DNA of 59,547 bases from Nemertoderma westbladi. Taxonomy: Eukaryota; Animalia; Xenacoelomorpha. Each line of letters starts with the position of its first letter. Positions within the stretch are counted from its first letter, which is position 1. The translations under genes and the position numbers were made by a program. Shown in pieces: positions 49,040-59,547 of this stretch. The notes under the pieces are model-generated. The model searched no databases and had not been told where the DNA came from. It saw only the letters and a program-made list of their open reading frames with translations. The stretch is taken from positions 1-59,547 of the forward strand of contig JAUCBJ010001549.1 of the NCBI GenBank assembly GCA_032718475.1. Direction: 5' to 3'.

Positions 49040-49710
49040 AGTTAGTTAGTTAGTAGTAAGAGGGTACGTAGTACCGTTAGTTAGATAGTTAGTTAGTAGT
49101 AAGAGGGTACGTAGTACCGTTAGTTAGATAGTTAGTTAAGTAGTAAGAGGGTACGTAGTACCGGTTAGTAGGAGTTAGTTAGAGGTTAGTAAGAGGGTAC
49201 GTAGTACCGGTTAGTAGGAGTTAGTTAGAGGTTAGTAAGAGGGTACGTAGTACCGTTAGTTAGATAGTTAGTTAAGTAGTAAGAGGGTACATAGTACCGG
49301 TTAGTAGGAGTTAGTTAGAGGTTAGTAAGAGGGTACGTAGTACCGGTTAGTAGGAGTTAGTTAGAGGTTAGTAAGAGGGTACGTAGTACCGGTTAGTAGA
49401 AGTTAGTTAGAGGTTAGTAAGAGGGTACGTAGTACCGGTTAGTAAGAGTTAGTGGAGTTAGAAGTTAGTAAGAGGGTACATAGTACCGGTTAGTAAGAGT
49501 TAGTGGAGTTAGAAGTTAGTAAGAGGGTATGTAGTACCGGTTAGTAAGAGTTAGTGGAGTTGGAAGTTTGTAAGAGGGTACGTAGTACCGGTTAGTAAGA
49601 GTAGTAGTTAGTTGTAGAACTAGTTAGTAAGAGGGTACGTAGTACCGGTAGTAGGAGTTGTAGAATTACTTAGTAAGAGGGTACGTAGAGTACCGTTAGT
49701 AGTAAGAATT
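49040..49710 (+). repeat. ~40-bp tandem repeat spacer (TTAGTAAGAGGGTACGTAGTACC core)
   Basis: Roughly 15 copies of the core. Reverse complement of the 19180-19740 array. Confidence 0.9.
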
Positions 49711-49837
49711 AGTGGTAGGAGGATATGTATAAGATATAGTATATAGTAAGAGATTAGAGAGCACAAATACCGTAGAAGTAGTAGCCAGAAAGGTAGATAG
49801 GGTAATAGCACAAAACAAAATAAAATTAAGAATATCA

Positions 49838-50050
49838 GGATCACCTCCGAACTACAGAAGAGCCTTCAAGGTGGCCTTCGAAGGTCTGGTAGACCACCCG
49901 GGGCTGAAGGGCGAGTCAGCGTAATACAACAGCCGGCATCTAGTAGACAGGGAGGTGGATACACATATCACGTGGGAGAAGTTGGAAGCGGATAGATTTG
50001 GGGAGAAGCGACTGGAAGAAGTCACCAGGCGAGAAAGGCCAAGAGAGAAT
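49838..50050 (+). pseudogene. Remnant of the extra ORF (post-exonuclease part only)
   Basis: Matches GSPLNYRRAFKVAFEGLVDHPGLKGES...KRLEE of ~17600-17800 (minus strand). Confidence 0.85.
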
Positions 50051-52024
50051 GAGGCGCGTTATGTAGATGAGCATATAATATAATATATGATAATAATAGC
50101 CTTATAATAATTATATAAGTAACTCACATATATATATTATAAAGTATGTACCGTAGTCAAGCACAACCTTTTCCAATTAGCTACTGGGACTGGGGATTGA
50201 TTGACTAGGGCGACAGGACGGGACTTAGACGGCTCCCAGTAACATGTGCGCACATGTGTGGGGCCCGATAAGTGTGTAAGGGACGAAAGCGAGAATGGGG
50301 ATCGGGGGGGAGAATGGAGAGGAGGCCTTTTTTTGACAGGATGAGGGACAGTGAGAGGAGTGCAATTCGAGTGTGGGGGGGAGGAGTAAGAGTTGGAGCG
50401 GTTGAGAAGTTGGAGTAAGGGATAGAGCGGAGTTAGAGTGGTGAGAGTGTTGGGGAAACAAAAAATTGTGTGAGCGAAGCGCACGATCGGCCCAACACGG
50501 GACGCCAGATGTCTTGGTGCAAGATAGATAAAGTTGCACCAAGACGGGGTAGCGATATCATACCCATAGGGAGAGGCCTGGAAAGCCGGCTCCGGAAAAA
50601 AAAAAAAAATAGCTCCACCCCACACCCGATGGTAGATCGGGATCCAGCGGAATTGTAGCGCACTAAAGGTGGATGCTATCTTCTCACCGGGAAGATAGCA
50701 TGGGGGGGAGTGTTAGCGAATTCAATTCCGCTAACCACCCCACAAAGTTAGCTTTAAGCAATATTGGAAGCACGAGGTTGATTGCCAATCAACCTCGTAT
50801 CACCCCAATAAGCGGGGACGACAAACCCCAAAGGGACACACAATGGGGGTCAGAGGTTGTACCTCCAAGAGAGAGAGAATGACAGTAGCAAGGGGAGAAC
50901 ACTCCCAGGGAGATGGGAGGGCGAGAATTAGGTTATCAGCCAATGGGGGGCAGGCATCCGCTGAGTAATATGGCCAAACCAGAGCAATATATTACCGGTT
51001 GGTGTTATTCATTGACTCAGTTATCTCAGTACAGTTAGGGCAGAACGGTGACTTTTGTTACCGTCGTCGCCACCATCATCCATCAATATTACCGGTATAC
51101 TTAGGCCTATTTACTCATCAATTGTGCTAACTTACTTTACTCTATTGTATCATATACATATATATCAATAACATCGGAAGAACTATAATAACTCTTTTAC
51201 ACACGGCAGGGACGCGTAAACAAACAACCAGGATAAATCGGGATTTTCGGATCCCGTCACAAAAGTTATCTAATGGATGTCTAGGCACATTTATACAGTA
51301 GATATACTCTACTTTGAGCGAAGGCTAGATTACATAATGAATGTGTTAATTTGCATCAAATTCAGTAGTTTGCGATAAAAGATATATTGTTAAGGTTATA
51401 TTAAAGGTGGATATAATGTATGACAAGTGAATACTGTGGAATTGCGTAATAAAACTAGTATTTTTTGCACCAATTAGTTTGCCGTTCAAAGAATGCCTCA
51501 GGTGTCAATGTTAAATTGCTAAAACTGGCAAACTGTTAAAGTTACTAATAAACTGAAAATCTCAGCAGATAAAGAGGTGATGTCTAATTGAGGAGCTCAT
51601 GTTATATACAGTTATGTCAAGTACAAAAACAAGAAATATTTCGTAATCTCCTTGAATTACTTTTAAACAAACAACCACCTAGATAAATTGTCTCAAATGC
51701 GTTCACCTTTGACCACTTCTAGAGCGAGACTAAGTGTTACTGTCTAAAAAATAATTATCTCAGCATTTTTATTTCCATTAGCATTATCATCTCTTCCTAC
51801 AGTATTATTATTGTGGTAGGTTCCATTTCTCGACGCCAGGAGTCCCAATAGATTTGTAATGTCACGTTGAAATAACAGTGTAACGGATAACATGGTGTAC
51901 TATCCCTCCCGCGTTGAAGTGTAATCTATCATATATTCGATATCAGACCAAAAAAAAAAACGATATACGTAAGAATAGGATATAAATTTAGAGTTTCGTC
52001 AATGAAATTCCGATGACGCAATCC

Positions 52025-54165
52025 CTTAGTTATTAGCATTGAGTTAGCTCTTAGTTAGCATTAAGTTAGCTCTGATATTTAGCTCTTAGTTAGCTTTCAG
52101 TTAGCTCTTAGTTAGCATTGAGTTAGTCTTAGTTAGCATTGAAATAGTTCTGATAGTTAGCTCTTAGTTAGCTCTTAGTTAGTTAGCTCTGATAGTTAGC
52201 TCTTAGTTAGTTAGCTCTGATAGTTAGCTCTTAGTTAGTTAGCTCTGATAGTTAGCTCTTAGTTAGCATTGCGTTAGCTCTGATAGTTAGCTCTTAGTTA
52301 TCTTTCAGTTAGCTCTTAGTTCGCATTGAGTTAGCTCTTAGTTAGCAATGAGTTAGTTCTGATAGTTAGCTCTTAGTTAGCATTGAGTTAGCTATTAGTT
52401 AGCATTGAGTTAGCTCTTCGTTAGTTAGCTCTGATAGAATAAAGTGCGCATTTGTAGGGAACTTTTGGATTGCCAGTTGAGCACTTTAGAAGTGCCGGGG
52501 TTTTCTGCAGAAGAATTAGATTATATGTTATCGTATATGTGTACAAGCTGATCATTTCTACTTAGTTACTATAGCTAACAATACCTATTTTTCTATTTTT
52601 CAATTTGCGGTTTGGCTATACAATCTATATTTCTATTTATATTATATATTTAGTATATTTGTGCTTGCTGTACTCTAGGTATCACATTTGTGTATATCTC
52701 TATGTACGATATTAAATTAAATTAAAAAAGATAGCTCTGATAGTTAGTTCTGATAGTTAGCTATGATAGTTAGCTCTTAGTTAGCATTGAGAGAACTCTG
52801 ATAGTTAGCTCTTAGTTAGCATTGAGTTAGCTCTTAGTTAAAATTGAGTTAGCTCTGATAGTTAGCATTGAGTTAGGTCTGATAGTTAGCTCTGATAGTT
52901 AGCTGTGATAGTTAGCTCTTAGTTTGCATTGAGTTAGCTCTGATAGTTAGCTCTTATTTAGCATTGAGTTAGCTCTTAGTTAGCATTGAGTTAGCTAATT
53001 AGTTAAGTTAGTATGGAGTTTGCTCTTTGTTAGTTAGCTCTGATAGATAGCTCTGATAGTTAGCTCTGATAATTAGCTGTGATAGTTACCTCTTAGTTAG
53101 CATTGAGTTAGCTCTTAGTTAAAATTGAGTTAGCCCTGATAGTTAGCATTGAGTTAGGTCTGATAGTTAGCTCTGATAGTTAACTGTGATAGTTAGCTCT
53201 TAGTTTGCATTGAGTGAGCTCTGATAGTTAGCTCTTATTTAGCATTAAGTTAGCTCTTAGTTAGCATTGAGTTAGCTATTAGTTAGAATGGAGTTAGCTC
53301 TTTGTTAGTTAGCTCTGATAGATAGCTCTGATAGTTAGCTCTGATAATTAGCTGTGATAGTTACCTCTTAGTTAGCATTGAGTGAGCTCTGATAGTTAGT
53401 TCTTAGTTAGCATTGAGTTAGCTCTTAGTTAACATTGAGTTAGCTCTGATAGTTAGCATTGAATTAGCTCTGATAGTTAGCTCTTAGTTGGCTTTCAGTT
53501 AGCTCTTAGTTAGCATTGAGTTAGCTCTTAGTTAGCAATGAGTTAGTTCTAATAGTTAGCTATTAGTTAGAATGGAGTTAGTCTTTGTTAGTTAGCTCTG
53601 ATAGATAGCTCTGATAGTTAGCTCTGATAGATAGCTGTGATAGTTAGCTCTTAGTTGGTATTGAGTGAGCTCTGATAGTTATCTTAGTTAGCATTGAGTT
53701 AGCTCATAGTTAGCATTGAGTTAGCTCTGATAGTTAGCTCTTAGTTAGCTTTCAGTTAGCATTGAGTTAGCTCTTAGTTAGCAATGAGTTAGTTCTGATA
53801 GTTAGCTCTTAGTTAGCATTGAGTTAGCTATTAGTTAGCATTGAGTTAGCTCTTCGTTAGTTAGCTCTGATAGATAGCTCTGATAGTTAGCTCTTATTTA
53901 GCATTGAGTTAGCTCTTAGTTACCATTGACTTAGCTATTAGTTAGCATGGAGTTAGCTCTTTGTTAGTTAGCTCTGATAGATAGCTCTGATAGATAGCTC
54001 TGATAATTAGCTGTGATAGTTAGCTCTTAGTTAGCATTGAGTGAGCTCTGATAGTTAGCTCTTAGTTAGAATTGAGTGAGCTCTGATAGTTAGCTATTAG
54101 TTAGGATTGAGTTAGCTCTTAGTTAACATTGAGTTAGCTCTGATAGTTAGCATTGAGTTAGCTCA
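52025..54165. repeat. Complex AT-rich satellite built of GTTAGCTCTTA / GTTAGCATTGA / GTTAGCTCTGATA modules
   Basis: Directly visible. Interrupted by ~290 bp of unique sequence (52438-52728) with an A-rich tail. Confidence 0.92.
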
Positions 54166-54237
54166 TAATTACCGTTGACCCGCTATATCCCGTCCACGAA
54201 CCCAAGTAGGCCTACTCGCATTAGGGCAACGATTTTG

Positions 54238-54423
54238 AACATTTCTTCGGCGAAGATCGCGAAATTTCTCAAACGTCGTGATTTTTACTAAGATTGTCCT
54301 CCTACAGTATAGTATTCGTAAACACAAAATTTTGCGAAGAACGCAATGTTTGCGAAGTTAAGTTTTGTGTTTACCAATACTATAGGTGGAGCTTCGCAAA
54401 CGTCGCGATCTTCACGAATGTTC
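54238..54423. repeat. Imperfect foldback (MITE-like)
   Basis: GAAGATCGCGA / TCGCGATCTTC and TATAGTATT.GTAAACACAAAA / TTTTGTGTTTAC.AATACTATA arms. Confidence 0.55.
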
Positions 54424-54744
54424 TAGAAGATTTTTAAAAAGTAAGAAAATCTGTAATTAAAAATATATTAAATTTTAAAATTTTAGAGAACAATATATAT
54501 TATTAATTCTAGAGAAAAAAATAAATAAAAAAAGCTAACATATTCTATAGTATATATTAGTATGACAGTAATAGTATTATTCACCTAATTCTAGAATGTT
54601 CTATATATATACAGTATATACATGTTCAATGTTCATAGTAAAGATGGTATAAAATAATATTAATATTTAATTTGAATTAAAAAAAAATTAATTTAATTTT
54701 AATATTTAATATTTAATAATAATATTTATAAGTCCATGTATGAA

Positions 54745-55650
54745 TTCGTTAGGTTTGGGTTTAAGTTTGGTTAGGGTTATGGTTTAGGGTTGAATTCATA
54801 TGTCATTATGGTTTGGGTTAGTGTTAGAGTTAAGGATAGGGATAGAGTTCGGGTTAGGGTTAGAGTTGGGTTTATGGTTTGGGTTGGTGTTAGGGTTAGG
54901 GATATAGTTCGGCTCAAATGTTGGTATGCTTGAGCATGTGGATGACTTCTGTTACCTGGGATCATGGATCCGGAAGTCAGGTGAGGACCTTCGAATACGT
55001 AAGGGAAAGGCATGGGCAGCCTTGAATAGGCTTTCCAGGATTTGGAAGTCACCGAGAATTAATCGGAAACTTAAGGTCCGTTTATTTAGAGCAGCAGTAG
55101 TTCCAGTACTCCTCCAGGAGTCCATGCTGGGCTCTAACTGCTGAGGACACCAAATCTCTGGATGGCACATTCACAAGAATGCTACGCCGGGTTCATTGTG
55201 TCAAGTACAATGCACACATCTCCAACCAGACACTATATAACATTGGAGGTGTCTCGTTGGTTCCCCCAAGCTTGACACTAGAACAAAATCGCCTCCGCTT
55301 TGCAGGACATTGCTTTCGCCGTGAGGACCAGCCAGTGCATAATCTTGTACTTTGGCAGCCTCATGGAGTGAATAAGCATGGCGGACAGCCCATGACTTTC
55401 TTGAGACGCATCTTAAAGGACACTGGCCTTGAAGATGCGGATGATCTAGCAAATGTCATGGGTGATAGGGAGTTGTGGCGGTGCAATTTTGTTGACAAGC
55501 CGGCACAGCATTCTTAAAAATGCAGCTGCAATGCAGCATGCCGATCCTAGTAGTAGTCGGGTTAGGGTTATGGTTGGGTTTATGGTTTGGGATAGTGTTA
55601 GGGATAGGGATAGAGTTCGGGTTGGGGTTAGGATTACTGTTAGGGTTAAA
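54745..55650 (+). repeat. Degenerate (TTAGGG)n-like interstitial repeat interrupted by an RTE-derived element
   Basis: GGGTTA-variant hexamers at 54745-54912 and 55558-55650. Confidence 0.7.
54913..55557 (+). mobile_element. 645-bp RTE-derived element, same family and same 5' end as 39810-40453
   Basis: Starts CTCAAA..TGGTATGCTTGAGC and ends GCCGATCC(TAG)n. Confidence 0.9.
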
Positions 55651-55994
55651 ACCTAACTGGAAATTATCTCCAACAATGGAGTGAAAAACTCAGCAAAACT
55701 CAGCATATTTCCTCGCATGAAACCTGTTGCTTTTGAAACCAATATTGAGCGACCGGCGGTGATGGTAGTGTATTATTAGAAAGGTATTGTACGTAATCAA
55801 GATACATTTAGTGATTGAGTGACATTAGAAGAACCACTTGTCTTTCTCAGTCAAAAGTGGATAATTATATTTTGTAGAATAAAATTGGAATAAAATAAAA
55901 TGAGGAGTTTATTAAATTTCCCAAGGTACCTTTTTGGGGCACCTTGTGTCCAGGTCCATTACAACAGATTCCTGAGATTGCAATAATCTGAAAC

Positions 55995-58900
55995 TTATTG
56001 GAGGGGTGCAAGGAGGCCATTGGTGGGTTGCAGGGAGGCCATTGGTGGGTTGCAGGGAGGCTATTGGTGGGATGCAGGGATGCTATTGGCGGGGTGCAGG
56101 GAGGCCATTGGTGGGTCGCAGGGAGGCCATGGCCTGATGGATGGAGGACATTGGCAAGTGGGTGCAAAGAAGCAATTGGTGGGGTGCAAGGAGCCCATTG
56201 GTGAGGTGCAAAGAATCAATTGGCGGGGTCCAGGGAGGCCATGGCGTGATGCAAGGAGACCATTGGCAAGGTGGGTGCGAGGAGGCCATTGGTGGGGTGC
56301 AGGGAGGCAATTAGTGGGGTGCAAAGAAGCCATTGGCGGGGTGCAGGGATCCTATGGCGTGAGGCAAGGAGGCCATTGGCGAGGTGGATGCAGAGAGGCC
56401 ATTGGGGGGGTGCAAGGAGCCCATTGGTGAGGTGCGGGGAGGCGATTGGTGGGGAGCAGGGAGCCCATTGGTGAGGTGCAAAGAAGCCATTGGCGGGGTG
56501 CAGGGAGGCCATGGCGTGATGCAAGGAGGCCATTAGAAAGGTGGGTGCAAGGAGGCCAGTGGCGGAGTGCAGGGAGGCCATGGCGTGATGCTAGGTGGCC
56601 ATTAGCAAGGTGGGTGCAAGGAGGCCATTGGCGGGGTGCAGGGAGGCCATGGCGTTATGCAAGGAGGCCATTAGCAAGGTGGGTGTAAGGAGGCCATAGG
56701 CAGGCAAGGTGGGTGCAGGGAGGCCCTTGGCGGGGTGCAAGGAACCCATTGGTGGGGTGCAGGGAGGCCATTGGTGGGGTACAAAGAGGCCATTGGCGGG
56801 GTGCAACGAGGCGATCGGTGGGGTTCAGGGAGGAGGGCATTGGTGGGGTGCCGGACGGCCATTGGTGGGGTGCAGGGAGGCCATGAAGGGGGCAATGAGG
56901 CCATTGGCGGGGAGAATGGAGGCCATGACGGTGTGCAATGAGGCCATTGGCCATGTGCAGGGAGGCTATGACGGGGTGCAATGAGGCCATTGGCGGGGTG
57001 CATGGAGGTCATGACGGGGTGCAGGGAGTCCATGGCGGGGTGCAAGAAGGCCATTTGCAAGGTGGAAGGAGACCATTGGTGGGGTGCAGGGAGGCAATTA
57101 TGAAGATGCAGGGAGGCCATTGGCGGGCTGCAGGAAGGCCATTTGTGAGGTGCAGTGAGGCCATTGGCGGGGTGCAGGGAGGCCATTGGTGAGGTGCAGG
57201 GAAGCCATTGGTGGGTTGTAGGGAGGCCATTGGCGGGGTGTAGAGAGGCCATTGGTGGGGAGCAGCGAGGCCATTGGTGAGGTGCAGGGAGGCCATGGCG
57301 TGATGCAATGAGGCCATTGGCGAGGTGCATGGAGGCCATGACGGGGTGCAAGTAGGTCATTGGCGGGGTGCAGGGAGGCCATGACGGGGTGCAAGAAGGC
57401 CATTGGCAAGGTGCAAGGAGGCCATTGGTGGGGGGCAGAGAGGTCATTAGCAAGATGCATGGAGGCCATTGGCGGGGTGCAGGGAGGCCATTTATGAGGT
57501 GCAGGGAGGCCATTGGCGGGGTGCAAGATAGGCCATTGGCGGGGTGCAGGGAGGCCATTAGTGGGGTGGGGGGAGGCCATTGTCGGGGTGAGGGACGCCA
57601 TTGGCGGGGCGTAGGGAGGCCATTGGTGGGGAGCAGCGAGGCCATTGATGCGGTGCAGGGAGGCCATGGCGTGATGCAAGGACACCATAGGCAAGGTGGG
57701 TGCAGCGAGGCCATAGGCAAGGTGGGTGCAGGGATGGCCATAGGCAGGGTGCAAGGAGCCCATTGGCGGGGTTTAGGGAGGCCATTGCTGGGGTGCAGAG
57801 AGGCCATTGGTGGGGTGCACCCCACCAATGGCCACTTTGCACCCCACCAATGACCTCCCTGCACCCCACCAATGGCCTCCCTAAACCCCGCAATGGCCTC
57901 CCTGCCCCTCACCACTGGATTCCTTGCACCCTGCCAATGCGCTTCTTGCACCCACCTTGCCTATGGCCTCCTTGCTTATGGCCTTCTTGCATCACGCCAT
58001 GGCTTCCTTGCCCCTCGCCAATGACCTCCCTGCACCCCACCAATGGCCTCCCTAAACCCCGCAATGGCCTCCCTGCCCCTCACCACTGGATTCCTTGCAC
58101 CCTGCCAATGCGCTTCTTGCACCCACCTTGCCTATGGCCTCCTTGCTTATGGCCTTCTTGCATCACGCCATGGCCTCCCTGCACCTCACCAATGGGCTCC
58201 TTGCACCCCACCAATGGCCTCTTCCCTGAACACCACCAATGGCCTCTTTGCACCCCGCCAATGGCCTCTTTGCACCCCACCAATGACCTCCCTGCACACC
58301 GTCAATGGCCTCCCTGTACCCACCTTGCCAATGGCCTCCTTGCACCCCGTCAATGGCCTCTTTGCTCCCCACCAATGGCCTCCTTGCACCCCGTCAATGG
58401 CCTCTTTGCTCCCCACCAATGGCCTTCTTGCACCCCGCCAATTACCTCTTTGCACCCCAAAAAAGGGCCTCTCTGCACCCCACCAATGGCCTCCCTGCAC
58501 CTCACCAATGGATTCCTTGCACCCTGCAAATGGGCTCCTTAGACCCATCTTGCTTATGGCCTCCTTGCACCCCACCAATGGCTTCCCTGCACCCCACCAA
58601 TGGCCTCCCTGCACCCACCTTGCCTATGGCCTCCCTGCACCCACCTTGCTTATGGCCTCCTTGCATCACGCCATGGCCTCCCTGCACCTCACCAAAGGAC
58701 TCCTTGCACCCCACCAATTGCTTCCCTGCACACACCCTACCAGTGGCCTCCCTGCACCTCACAATGGGCTCCTTGCACCCCACCAATGGCTTCCCTGTAC
58801 CCACCCCACCAATGGGCTGCCACCCAGAACCCCACCAATGTTCTCCTTGCACCCTGCCAATGGCTTCCTTGCACCCCGCCAATGGCCTCTTAGCACCCCA

Positions 58901-59490
58901 CCAATGGCCTCTATGCACCCCACCAATGGCCTCCCTGCACCTCACCAATGGGCTCCTAGCTCCTTACACCCTGCCAATGGGCTCCTTGCACCCACCTTGC
59001 CTATGGCCTCCCTGCACCCAACTTGCTTATGGCATCCTTGCATCACGCCATGGCCTCCCTGCATCGCACCAATGTCCTCCTTGCTCCCTGCCAATGGCCT
59101 CCTTGCACCCCACCAATGGCCTCTTAGCACCCCACCAATGGCCTCTATGCACCCCACCAATGGCCTCCCTGCACCTCACCAATGGCCTCTATGCACCCCA
59201 CCAATGCCCTCCCTGCACCTCACCAATGGGCTCCTTGCACACTGCCAATAATGGGCTCCTTGCACCCACCTTGCCTATGGCCTCCCTGCACCCAACTTGC
59301 GTATGGCATCCTTGCATCACGCCCTGGCCTCCCTGCACCGCACCAATAGCCACCTTGCACCCTGCCAATTCGGTCTCCTTACACCCCACCACGCAATGAT
59401 GCTTATCATTGCCATCATGATCACGCCATGGCCTCTCTGCACCTCGCCAATGGCCTCCCTGCACCTCACCAATGGGCTCCTTGCACCCTG
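55995..59490. repeat. GC-rich minisatellite (~22-bp TGCAGGGAGGCCATTGGTGGGG base unit) in head-to-head orientation
   Basis: G-rich strand on + until 57817, C-rich strand afterwards. Perfect 32-bp palindrome at 57802-57833. Confidence 0.95.
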
Positions 59491-59547
59491 TTCGTTCTTT
59501 TAGACCTTTAACAGTTTAACCTGCTAATCTATGTGTCTTATGATGTC

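Larger units (their letters stand above)
42571..51261 (+). mobile_element. Non-autonomous BEL/Pao LTR element (gag plus protease, collapsed pol), sister of 16079-28827
   Basis: 551-bp LTRs at 42571-43121 and 50711-51261 with 7 mismatches by eye. TSD AAAGT. PPT at 50702-50710. gag/PR closely similar to the inner element. Confidence 0.95.

Noticed and set aside
55865-59503. Many long Pro/His/Gly-rich ORFs on both strands
   Set aside because: Products of a stop-poor GC-rich minisatellite; open in several frames at once.

Overview
Repeat-dense, AT-rich animal (invertebrate-like) genomic DNA. The only clear host genes are two tandem, minus-strand, two-coding-exon paralogs of an SLC18B1-like MFS transporter. 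Copy A has exons 32181-31657 and 5825-4911 with a 25.8-kb intron; copy B has exons 39793-39284 and 37453-36518 with a 1.8-kb intron. Intron A is inflated by nested mobile elements: an old + strand BEL/Pao element contains a Tc1/mariner MITE (itself holding an RTE LINE), a tandem-repeat non-autonomous element, a piggyBac-type MITE and an L2/Crack LINE. That LINE contains a hammerhead-bearing Penelope/retrozyme-like repeat, which in turn contains a near-complete 12.7-kb BEL/Pao LTR retrotransposon (16079-28827). The most notable signal is in this inner BEL/Pao element: in the env position after pol and a tandem-repeat spacer it carries an extra ORF whose reconstructed product has WRN/EXD-like DEDDy 3'-5' exonuclease motifs. 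A younger non-autonomous sister element (42571-51261) keeps gag and protease but has a collapsed pol and has lost the exonuclease core. The right end holds satellites, including a ~3.5-kb head-to-head array. All family calls are by-eye motif recognition; no database searches were run.
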